A stretch of DNA of 64,000 nucleotides from Mobula birostris (Eukaryota), in contig NC_092390.1 of assembly GCF_030028105.1 (NCBI RefSeq), positions 39,910,777 through 39,974,776 of the forward strand, in the 5' to 3' direction. This document shows, in pieces, positions 52,878-64,000 of this stretch. The notes under the pieces are model-generated. The model made no database searches. It had not been told where the DNA came from and saw nothing but the letters and a program-made list of their open reading frames with translations. Positions within the stretch are counted from its first letter, which is position 1. Each line of letters opens with the position of its first letter. The position numbers were made by a program, and so were the translations under genes.

Positions 52878-55298
52878 ATTTAGAATATAGAATAGTACAG
52901 CACATTACAGGCCCCGCGGCCCACAATGTTGTGTCGACCCTCAAACCCTGCCTCCCATATAAGCCCCCACCTTAAATTCCTCCATATACCTGTCTAGTAG
53001 TTTCTTAAACTTCACAAGTATATCTGCCTCCACCACTGACTCAGGCAGTGCATTCCACGCACCAACCACTGTCTGAGTAAAAAACCTTCCTCTAATATCC
53101 CCCTTGAACTTCCCACCCCTTACCTTAAAGCCATGTCCTCTTGTATTGAGCAGTGGTGCCCTGGGGAAGAGGCGCTGGCTATCCACTCTATCTATTCCTC
53201 TTATTATCTTGTACACCTCTATCATGTCGCCTCTCATCCTCCTTCTCTCCAAAGAGTAAAGCCCTAGCTCCCTTTATCTCTGATCATAATGCATACTTTC
53301 TAAACCAGGCAGCATCCTGGTAAATCTCCTCTGTACCCTTTCCAATGCTTCCACATCCTTCCTATAGTGAGGTGACCAGAACTGGACACAGTACTCCAAG
53401 CGTGGCCTAACCAGAGTTTTATAGAGCTGCATCATGACATTGCAACTTTTAAACGCTATCCCTCGACTTATGAAAGCTAACACCCCATAAGCTTTCTTAA
53501 CTACCCTATCTACCTGTGAGGCAACTTTCAGGGATCTGTGGACATGTACCCCCAGATCCCTCTGCTCCTCCACACTACCAAGTATCCTGCCGTTTACTTT
53601 GTACTCTGCCTTGGAGTTTGTCCTTCCAAAGTGTACCACCTCACGCTTATCCGGGTTGAACTCCATCTGCCACTTCTTAGCCCACTTCTGCATCCTATCA
53701 ATGTCTCTCTGCAATCTTTGACAATCCTCTACACTATCTACAACACCACCAACCTTTGTGTCATCTGCAAACTTGCCAACCCATCCTTCTAACCTCACAT
53801 CCAGGTCGTTAATAAAAATCACGAAAAGTAGAGGTCCCAGAACAGATCCTTGTGGGACACCACTTATCACAGCCCTCCAATCTGAATGTACTCCCTCCAC
53901 CATGACCTTCTGCCTTCTGTAGGCAAGCCAATTCTGAATCCACCTGGCCAAACCTCCCTGGATCCCATTCCTTCTGACTTTCTGAATAAGCCTACCGTGT
54001 GGAACCTTGTCAAATGCCTTACTAAAATCCATGTAGATCACATCCACTGCTCTACCCTCATCTATATGCCTGGTCACCTCCTCAAAGAACTCTATCAGGC
54101 TTGTTAGACACGATCTGCCCTTCACAAAGCCTTGCTGACTGTCCCTGATCAGACAATGATTCTCTAAATGCCCATAGATCCTATCTCTAAGAATCTTTTC
54201 CAACAGCTTTCCCACCACAGACGTAAGGCTCTCTGGTCTGTAATTACCCGGACTATCCCTACTACCTTTTTTGAACAAGGGGACAACATTCACTTCCCTC
54301 CAATCCTCCGGTACCATTCCCGTGGACAACAAGTACATAAAGATCCTAGCTAGAGGCTCAGCAATCTCTTCCCTCACCTCGTGGAGCAGCCTGGGGAATA
54401 TTGCGTCAGGCCCCGGGGACTTATCCGTCCTAATGTATTTTAACAAATCCAACATCTCCCTTAATATCAACATGCTCCAGAACATCAACCTCACTCATAT
54501 TGCCCTCACCGTCATCAAGTTCCTTCTCATTGGTGAATACCGAAGAGAAGTATTCATTGAGGACCTCACTCACTTCCACAGCCTCCAGGCATATCTTCCC
54601 ACCTTTATCTCTAATTGGTCCTACCTTCACTCCTGTCATCCTTTTGTTCTTCACATAATTGAAGAACGCCTTGGGGTTTTCCTTTACCCTACTCACCAAG
54701 GCCTTCTCATGCCCCCTTCTTGCTCTTCTCAGCCCCTTCTTAAGCTTTCTTGCTTCCCTATATTCCTCAATAGACCCAGCTGATCCTTGCTTCCTAAACC
54801 TCATGTATGCTGCCTTCTTCGACCTGACTAGATTTTCCACCTCACTTGCCACCCATGGTTCCTTCACCCTACCATTCTTTATCTTCCTCACCAGAACAAA
54901 TTTATCCCTAACATCCTGCAAGAGATCTCTAAACATTAACCACATGTTCATAGTACATTTCCCTGCAAAAGCATCATCCCAATTCACACCTGCAAGTTCT
55001 AGCCTTATAGCCTAATAATTTGCCCTTCCCCAATTAAAAATTGTCCTGTCCTCTCTGATTCAATCCTTTTCCATGATAATGCTAAAGGCCAGGGAGCAGT
55101 GGTCACTGTCCCCCAGATGCTCACCCACTGAGAGATCTGTGACCTGACCCGGTGCATTACCTAGTACTAGATCTAGTATGGCATTCCCCCTGGTCGGCCT
55201 GTCAACATATTGTGACAGGAATCTGTCCTGGACACACTTAACAAGCTCTGCCCCATCTAAACCCTTGGAACTAATCAGGTGCCAATCAATATTAGGGA
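52878..55298 (-). mobile_element. CR1 LINE, 5'-truncated, ORF2 (end of APE + RT) frameshifted
   Basis: ORFs 54430-54987, 53274-54494 (YMDFSKAFDKV, PQGSVLGPLLF, FADD) and 52941-53252 (ERRRMRGDMIEVYK...FFTQTVVGAWNALP); ctattctat-type tail near 52880-52900. Confidence 0.95.
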
Positions 55299-55593
55299 AA
55301 GATCAGCTGGAGTGCAGAAGACAACAAACTGTACAAATATAAATAAATAAATAGCAATAAATAACGAGAGCATGAAATGACAAGATAGAGAGACCTTAAA
55401 GTGAGATCATTGGTTGTGGGAACATCTCAATAAATGAATGTAGTTATCCTCTTTTGCTAAAGCTTGAGGGGTAGTAACTGTTCTTGAATCTGGTGGTGCG
55501 AGTCCTGAGGCTCTTGTGGTGAAGTGATTTTATATGCCATGCATTTTTTTTAAATCTGAGGAACAATCGCTTCAGTGTGTGTATACAGTATTT

Positions 55594-56747
55594 CAGTAAG
55601 TTATAGTGCAGACTGCTTTGTATATGCAAGTTGATTCATGCTTTTCGTGAGCAAATTCCACATAAAAGTCATTTTAGCCATCTGAGGCCACACTGATAAT
55701 GATTTGTGGGTGATATTGTCCTCAGTGTGAATCCAGCCTGTCCTCTGTGTGCAGTTCCAGCATCCCTCAAGCACATCTTGGTTAGTTGCAGATAACACAA
55801 GGCAGATAGACCTGGCGACACAACCAAGTGCTGAGGTGTTTGGCAGCTGAACTTGAGTGTAAGAGAGTAACCACCAACTCCAGGCCTCTCAATGTCCAGA
55901 CAACGGTTCCACAACTACCATCCTTCATCCGGGAAGGAGAGAAACCCAGGGCTAGTCCCTTGCCCACTGAGTGCAGCCAGGGACTGGGAAATGCGTGTTG
56001 ATTTAGGCCAGAAATTTACCTTCCCATCTGAAATTGCAACGACCAACCTGCGGCCTGACCTGGTCCTTTGGTCCAACTCCTTTATCATTGAGCTGACAGT
56101 CCCCTGGGAGGATGCTGTGGATGGGGTTTACGAACGGAGAAGGCTGCAATATGCCAACCTCGCAGTTGAAGCAGACGTACGTAAAAGTGCGCCCAGTTGA
56201 GGTTGTGTGCAGGGACTTTGTAGCCAGTTCCACCGTAAGGCTGCTGAGGGAAGTAGGGGTCAGAGGGCAGGCCCATAGGGAGGCAATCAGAGCACTTGCT
56301 AATGCCGCCGAAATGAGCAGTCACTGGCTGTGGCTGAAAAGAAGGGGTGCTGTCTGGGCTGCCAAGTGACCATCTAGAGACTAACCATGTGACACACACC
56401 CAGGGCTGATCAGCCAGTGGTGGGCCTGCCTCGGCTGAGGGTGTCTTGTGATAAAAGGCCCAAACACCCAGCGATGTCGAGGTACACAACTGAAGATGTG
56501 TCGTAATGGTAGTAACATCATCTAGTGGTCATCTTTGAGAACTACTTCCACTCAAGTCAAGTGCAGTGCAGAAACTTTAGGGATTGTAACATCTAATCCT
56601 ATTAATCTAACAGTAAGTAATAGTGCAGACTGCTTTGTATATGCCAGTTGATTCATGCTTTTCATGAGCAAATTCCACATAAAAGTCATTTTACCCATCT
56701 GAGGCCACATTGACAATGATTTCTGGGTGATATTGTCCTCAGTGTGA
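55594..56747 (+). repeat. 137-bp direct repeat pair (55594-55730 and 56611-56747) flanking the HERO fragment
   Basis: cagtaagt...gtcctcagtgtga occurs twice, same length, 7 substitutions counted by eye. Confidence 0.9.
55731..56610 (+). mobile_element. HERO-type (R2-related, restriction-like endonuclease) LINE 3' fragment
   Basis: ACPLCAVPASLKHILVSC (CCHC), QGR*TWRHNQVLRCLA, DWEMRVDLGQKFTFPSEIATTNLRPDLVLWS..IIELTVPWED (PD-(D/E)xK), VEVVCRDF, SSHWLWLKRR...W, then a HERO-like 3' UTR (gagggtgt...aaacaccc...ctgaagatgtgtc). 3' boundary is inferred from the flanking repeat. Confidence 0.85.
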
Positions 56748-57212
56748 TCTGGTCTGGGTACTTTTTGTACAGTATTCATCTTAACACAGCTGCTGTTAAT
56801 TGGGCATTGGTCAAACACCAGTGGATATCACAGCTCATCTTTCTTACATCAGTGGCATAAATTAAAGCTTTTGAGCTGTGACTTTTGACTTCTGCCGTTA
56901 AAGAGCAGAACTAAAGAAGCATGGTCTAGTGATCAATAGTGAGATTGTAATTCAAAATATCCTGCATGAGGAATTTGCCAGCCTCAGTTTTATATGATCA
57001 GGATTACGGAACTGGCAGCAGCCGTGCCCCCTTCACTGTCTACAGCCTTTTTATTTTAACCATTTGTGTGTGGCACGCTTGATCAGCCGACACCTCTCAA
57101 CAGTCTGAGACAAATGGAACTCCAACCCATCAGGAACACGCAGATGCACAGGGGATCACTGTATCCTATCGCCCTTTTATCCCTTATTCCCGTGGCAATC
57201 ATTACTGTAGCA

Positions 57213-57356
57213 ACATACGCAAAATTCTGGAGGAACTCAGCAGGTCAGGCAGCATCCATGGAATTGAATAAACCGTCAACATTTTGGGCCGAGGCCCTTC
57301 CACAGGACTGTATGTTGCTTTAGATTTCCAGCATTCTGTAGAATTTCTTGTATTTA
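57213..57356 (-). mobile_element. Penelope pLTR remnant with degenerate hammerhead
   Basis: ggaggaactcagcaggtcaggcagcatc...ttttgggccgaggcccttc; same motif family as other pLTRs (similar remnants at ~3487-3620, ~14040-14160, ~22370-22420, ~50070-50300). Confidence 0.7.
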
Positions 57357-59167
57357 ATCTTTACTGTAGCTGTATTGTAGCTGCTATGAGAGAGAGCTTT
57401 AAGGTCTGATAACTCACTTTTCTTAGACATTTTTCCGCAGTTTCATAATTTTTTTGTGAAATCTAATTGGACATTTATGCTGTATGCAACCCATGTTTAG
57501 AGAAACACGTTTTACAGGAATACTGCACAGCATCCAATGGGTAATGTACAAATGAGATCATTGCTGCAATATTCCTGTGTAATTATGTGCTTAGGAAACT
57601 GGAAAAGTCTCAGAAAGTTGAATTCTTCCTTTGCCTGAGAAGGACTGCTTTAACATAATTAAAAAGATCCCTTCAATCTTGAGCCATTGTCTGGAGTCTG
57701 TCAGTAAAGCCAAGCCTGGAACAGAGTACGATGGTTCTGATTTATTTGAAATCTACAGGGTTTCTACCTTCTTGCTTAGCAGAGGACCCAACCTCAGCTA
57801 GCCACTCACACATAATGTTTCTACAAACTGATGGAAACATACGGTGCCAATTATATTTACCAAGCGGCTAGACAATTGTTAAACCCATTGGAAACTGACC
57901 CTTTAAGAGCTCTGGTCATGCAAAGAGATAATTGTGCTGACGACCTAATATCTGTGATACCTACATTAAAATCACATTACCTCATTACCTGCAGAAGAAA
58001 TTCAATTTTAAGTTACTTATAGAAAAGATGACTGAAAAGCAATGGGGTATGGAAAAATATGACTGATTACTATTTCCCTAACTAGGCAGTTTGAACTATC
58101 ACAGTGATTAGACGTAGACAAAATTTATAGTTATTGTTTTACACACATTTAATGATATGGATGGAGACACTCTACCAATTTGAGATTTCTTCACTTGAAT
58201 TTCTTTCAATAGTACCTTAAGAAACCCAAAATGTATTGAAATGGACCTATAAAATGGTCCATTAAAAATACTCACATTTCTCAGTGCACTTAAGTCTGAT
58301 GATTTATTGCAGTTTGATTAATACAATATCATAAAAAATGATGTCAAGTTAACATTTTTAATCATGACAAAGGTCTAGGATATCATGCTGGAAATCTCAA
58401 GGAAAATAATATTGAATCAAATGTAGCGTTTAATCAAAAAATAAGTAAACAACCAAAATAATGACACTAAAGAGCGGTATATCCACAGAAGCAGACTGTT
58501 TTAGTTCAGCATTTTGGAAGAAGTGAGAACACTAGTGCTGCCCTAACAGTAATCTTCCAAACCAATCTGTTAATTTATAAAGTTGACAAGTAGACCCCAG
58601 AAAATAATAATGCAATTAATCAAAAACCAATTGTCTGAAAATTGTAAGGCCTAGGTACTAGAGTTCACCTTTATTAATATGCTGAACTGGTATGCTTATC
58701 AAGTTCAAGTTTAATTGTTCTTCTGCTATATGCATGGATACAGCTAAACGAAACAACATTTCTCTGGGCTGAGGTGCAAAACACAGATCATGCAGTCAAA
58801 CATAGCACCCAAAACATCTAGTTACAACAGCACATACAGTCACAAAGTAATGTTTGTATTAGTCCATCATTGGCATTATCTGAAAATTGATGGTGCATGG
58901 GATATTGTTCTGGAGCCATGTTTCTGCAAAAATAAACACGCAGCAGTTTCTCATCTTATGGGGGGGGGGGTCTGCTGCAGATGAATGCAATCCAGCTTGT
59001 CTTCCAGGGAGTGAACAGCATCGAAGGGAGAGCCGGCCTCCTGGAGCCAGGTGCCCAATCTAGCGCTCCAGCCATATCTCTGCTCTTTCCCACACTGCCT
59101 CAGGTATCTCCTTCCATGGCTGGCAGTAACAGGTGACTAGGCGGCATGAGACCCTGCTCTATGCAAC

Positions 59168-62100
59168 AAATGCGTGGCTGAGGGATTGGAGCAGGGGGCA
59201 GGGATTCAAGTTTTTGGATCATTGGGATCTCTTTTGGCGCAGGCGTGACCTGTACAAAAGGACGGGTTACACTTGAATCCTAGGGGGACCAATATCCTGG
59301 CAGGGAGATTAGCGAGGGCTACTGAGGTGACTTTAAACTAGAATGGTTGAGAGGTGGGAATCAAATTAAAGAGGCTAGGCGTGAGGAGGTTAGTTCACAA
59401 CAGGGGGATGGGAACCAGTGCAGAGAGACAGAGGGGTGTAAAGTGAGGGTAGAAGCAAAAAGTACTAAGGAGAAAAGTAAAAGTGGCAGGCCGACAAATC
59501 CAGGGCAAGCATTAAAAAGGGCCACTTTTCAACATAATTGTATAAGGGCTAAGAGAGTTGTAAAAGAGCACCTGAAGGCTTTGTGTGTCAATGCAAGGAG
59601 CATTCGTAATAAGGTGGATGAATTGAAAGTGCAGATTGTTATTAATGATTATGATATAGTTGGGATCACAGAGACATGGCTCCAGGGTGACCAAGGATGG
59701 GAGCTCAACGTTCAGGGATATTCAATATTCAGGAGGGATAGACATGAAGGAAGGGGAGGTGGGGTGGCGTTGCTGGTTAAAGAAGAGATTAATGCAATAG
59801 AAAGGAAGGACATAAGCCAGGAAGATGTGGAATCGATATGGGTAGAGCTGCGTAACACTAAGGGGCAGAAAACGCTGGTGGGAGTTGTGTACAGGCCACC
59901 TAACAGTAGTAGTGAGGTCAGAGATGGTATTAAACAGGAAATTAGAAATGTGTGCAATAAAGGAACAGCAGTTATAATGGGTGACTTCAATCTACATGTA
60001 GATTGGGTGAACCAAATTGGTAAAGGTGCTGAGGAAGAGGATTTCTTGGAATGTATGCGGGATGGTTTTTTGAACCAACATGTCGAGGAACCAACTAGAG
60101 AGCAGGCTATTCTGGACTGGGTTTTGAGCAATGGGGAAGGGTTAATTAGCAATCTTGTCGTGAGAGGCCCCTTGGGTAAGAGTGACCATAATATGGTGGA
60201 ATTCTTCATTAAGATGGAGAGTGACATAGTTAATTCAGAAACAAAGGTTCTGAACTTAAAGAGGGGTAACGTTGAAGGTATGAGACGTGAATTAGCTAAG
60301 ATAGACTGGCAAATGACACTTAAAGGATTGACGGTGGATATGCAATGGCAAGCATTTAAAGGTTGCATGGATGAACTACAACAATTATTCATCCCAGTTT
60401 GGCAAAAGAATAAATCAAGGAAGGTAGTGCACCCGTGGCTGACAAGAGAAATTAGGGATAGTATCAATTCCAAAGAAGAAGCATACAAATTAGCCAGAGA
60501 AAGTGGCTCACCTGAGGACTGGGAGAAATTCAGAGTTCAGCAGAGGAGGACAAAGGGCTTAATTAGGAAGGGGAAAAAAGATTATTAGAGAAAACTGGCA
60601 GGGAACATAAAAACTGACTGTAAAAGCTTTTATAGATATGTAAAAAGGAAAAGACTGGTAAAGACAAATGTAGGTCCCCTACAGACAGAAACAGGTGAAT
60701 TGATTATGGGGAGCAAGGACATGGCAGACCAATTGAATAATTACTTTGGCTCTGTCTTCACTAAGGAGGACATAAGTAATCTTCCAGAAATAAAAGGGGA
60801 CAGAGGGTCCAGTGAGATGGAGGAACTGAGCGAAATACATGTTAGTAGGGAAGTGGTGTTAGGTAAATTGAAGGGATTGAAGGCAGATAAATCCCCACGG
60901 CCAGATGGTCTGCATCCTAGAGTGCTTAAGGAAGTAGCCCAAGAAATAGTGGATGCATTAGTGATAATTTTTCAAAACTCATTAGATTCTGGACTAGTTC
61001 CTGAGGATTGGAGGGTGGCTAATGTAACCCCACTTTTTAAAAAAGGAGGGAGAGAGAAACCAGGGAATTATAGACCAGTTAGCCTAACGTCGGTGGTGGG
61101 GAAACTGCTGGAGTCAGTTATCAAAGATGTGATAACAGCACATTTGGAAAGCGGTGAAATCATCGGACAAAGTCAGCATGGATTTGTGAAAGGAAAATCA
61201 TGTCTGACGAATCTCATAGAATTTTTTGAGGATGTAACTAGTAGAGTGGATAGGGGAGAACCAGTGGATGTGGTATATTTGGATTTTCAAAAGGCTTTTG
61301 ACAAGGTCCCACACAGGAGCTTAGTGTGCAAACTTAAAGCACACGGTATTGGGGGTAAGGTATTGATGTAGATGGAGAATTGGTTAGCAGACAGGAAGCA
61401 AAGAGTGGGAATGAACGGGACCTTTTCAGAATGGCAGGCGGTGACTAGTGGGGTACCGCAAGGCTCAGTGCTGGGACCCCAGTTGTTTACAATATATATT
61501 AATGACTTGGATGAGGGAATTAAATGCAGCATCTCCAAGTTTGCGGATGACACGAAGCTGGGTGGCAGTGTTAGCTGTGAGGAGGATGCTAAGAGGATGC
61601 AGAGTGACTTGGATAGGTTGGGTGGGTGGGCAAATTCATGGCAGATGCAATTTAATGTGGATAAATGTGAAGTTATCCACTTTGGTGGCAAAAATAGGAA
61701 AGCAGATTATTATCTGAATAGTGGCCGATTAGGAAAAGGGGAGGTGCAACGAGACCTGGGTGTCATTATACACCAGTCACTGAAAGTGGGCATGCAGGTA
61801 CAGCAGGCGGTGAAAAAGGCGAATGGTATGCTGGCATTTATAGCGAGAGGATTCGAGTACAGGAGCAGGGAGGTACTACTGCAGTTGTACAAGGCCTTGG
61901 TGAGACAACACCTGGAGTATTGTGTGCAGTTTTAGTCCCCTAATCTGAGGAAAGACATCCTTGCCATAGAGGGAGTACAAAGAAGGTTCACCAGATTGAT
62001 TCCTGGGATGGCAGAACTTTCATATGAAGAAAGACTGGATGAACTAGGCTTGTACTCGTTGGAATTTAGAAGATTGAGGGGGGATCTGATTGAAACGTAT

Positions 62101-62482
62101 AAAATCCTAAAGGGATTGGACAGGCTAGATGCAGGAAGATCGTTCCCGATGTTGGGGAAGTCCAGAACAAGGGGTCACAGTTTGAGGATAAAGGGAAAGC
62201 CTTTTAGGACCGAGATTAGGAAAAACTTCTTCACACAGAGAGTGGTGAATCTGTGGAATTCTCTGCCACAGGAAACAGTTGAGGCCAGTTCATTGGCTAT
62301 ATTTAAGAGGGAGTTAGATATGGCCCTTGTGGCTACGGGGATCAGGGGGTATGGAGGGAAGGCTGGGGCGGGGTTCTGAGTTGGATGATCAGCCATGATC
62401 ATAATAAATGGCGGTGCAGGCTCGAAGGGCCGAATAGCCTACTCCTGCACCTATTTTTCTATGTTTCTATGTTCTATGTTTC
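59168..62482 (+). mobile_element. CR1 LINE, 5'-truncated in ORF1; complete ORF2 (APE + RT) with three in-frame TAG stops
   Basis: ORF1 esterase C-terminus (NAWLRDW...FLDHWDLFW...DGLHLNPRGTNIL). ORF2 59347-62379 in a single frame: LCVNARSIRNK, GITETW, MGDFN, SDH (APE); PQGSVLGP, FADD (RT). (tttctatg)n tail. Confidence 0.96.
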
Positions 62483-63253
62483 TAACTGAAGCCACGTAGC
62501 TCCTTTCCCATCGGTTGCCAATGAGCCAATGAACCAAACTTGCAGTATTTTGTATTACCAATGTCCAACAGGGTCATGCAATCACAAAAACAAACATGCT
62601 TTGCATCTTTTTTTTGGACCCAGAATGGCTGCTGCAATCTAGCATGCTGCCATCTTACTGGAAAATACACTTACGTTCAGTCAGATGAACCACTAGACTG
62701 TGCATATATAACTTACCTGCATGGTTCTAATGGCAGCTCACTGCAGAAGTCTCAGCTGCAGCATCATTGCTATGGCAGCCATGTTTTCCTTGGGGTGGTG
62801 AACCACATGTCTGGCCACCTTTTCCCCACCCATGAGTGGCCCATGCTTGCTATGCTGGCAAGATCACAGGATGTATTTGTCAGTGAATTATGTTAAAGGG
62901 CTGCTATAAGTAAAGAGATATTCAGCAATGCTGATATAAATATGCTGATGATTGAAAAACTGAGGCTAATGGATGCAGAGCTTAGTACATTTATGGAATA
63001 ATGAAAACCACTCAAGTCATGTTTCCCTGCCGATCTGTTGCAAGGGTTGGCCCTTATTTTCCTGTAAGCTATAACAAGACTGTAAGTCATAACTTAAAGG
63101 TTCTGAATTGTGAGATCAATATCTTGCAGAAAGAATGTGACAGCTTCACATTTTAATGGTCAAGATAATGGAACTGCTATTAGATGCTCTATGAATGTAA
63201 CCATTTGTGAGTAACCAATAGCTTGAGACAATTGGAGCACACCAACCAATGGG

Positions 63254-63255
<2 letters not shown>

Positions 63256-63290
<35 letters not shown>
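63256..63290. repeat. (CA)n microsatellite
   Basis: About 17 CA units. Confidence 0.97.
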
Positions 63291-63292
<2 letters not shown>

Positions 63293-64000
63293 GACTAAGG
63301 ACAAAATATGAATGAGATAGCTGTTATCACAACCTGCAAGAAGATGAATGTCAAGGTAGTTTATGGTAATATATATGTACTTTGATAATAAATTTTACTT
63401 CGAAATTTGAACTTTGAAGAGAATTAGAAAATGTGAGTGCTCCTTTAACAACTATGCATACTGTTGGGGTGTAACTATTCATTCATTCCCACATCAGTCA
63501 TTTCTATGAAATCGCTATTAAGTAGCTTCAGCAGAGAATGTTTTGTTGGCAGCTCCAATCTTGTAAGTTTTCTTAGGGAGTAACACCTCAACAGAGCCTA
63601 CATGAACCCTCAAGGATACTCATATGGGTTACCTGCTCAGCACTCTTTTATGGGTTATGTTTCAATACACAAATGAATTTCTAGGACAGTGCTCTAAAGA
63701 CATGTAATTCATCTTCAAAAGTGCTTTAAAATGCACTCCTTTCATCTACGGTTAAGAAAGCACAAAGAAGGAGATGACAGTTTTTCCTTGATGATTTTTT
63801 TTTAAATTGCAAGTTTAAGTGATTTCAAGCAGCCCAAACAGTTCCAAATGTAACAAATAACTTGGCAGTTTCTATGATATTGCAGGAAAATGATCTGGAA
63901 AGTAGAAATTTCAATTGCATTCTCTTGGGGAAGGGAAGTCTTTCTTTCAAGATTAAGGCTAATACAGCACTGTTGGTTTGGTAAAATTGAATCAAAGTGA

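Noticed and set aside
56440-56510. Possible hammerhead in the HERO 3' UTR (caaac...ctgaaga)
   Set aside because: GAAA is absent and the spacing leaves no room for stems I and III.
59712-60488. 258-aa minus ORF and similar antisense ORFs over CR1, gypsy and Rex elements
   Set aside because: Antisense shadows of retroelement coding sequence.

Overview
Eukaryotic (vertebrate) genomic DNA, most likely a cartilaginous fish, judged from HE1-type V-SINEs and the CR1, Rex-Babar and Penelope repeat content. The window lies inside one large + strand gene, DNTT (terminal deoxynucleotidyl transferase, X-family polymerase). Three coding exons are clear, equivalent to mammalian exons 8, 9 and 10 (4062-4164, 11511-11810, 37872-37955); they splice in frame and carry the catalytic aspartates and TdT-specific motifs. 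I did not find exon 7 or the last exon, which are probably outside the window. The introns (7.3 kb, 26 kb, >26 kb) are packed with mobile elements: a two-LTR Gmr1-type Ty3/gypsy retrotransposon (PR-IN-RT-RH order), a CR1 with a full-length but stop-interrupted ORF2 plus other CR1 copies, Rex-Babar LINEs, palindromic Penelope-like insertions with minimal hammerhead ribozyme motifs, a HERO (RLE-type) LINE fragment flanked by a 137-bp direct repeat, Tc1/mariner remnants, a composite MITE with self-palindromic ends, RTE-related elements and SINEs. Most short ORFs in the track are fragments or antisense shadows of these repeats. No CRISPR, rRNA or true tRNA gene was seen. Family names come from motif recognition, not database searches; repeat boundaries are approximate unless a TSD or terminus is quoted.
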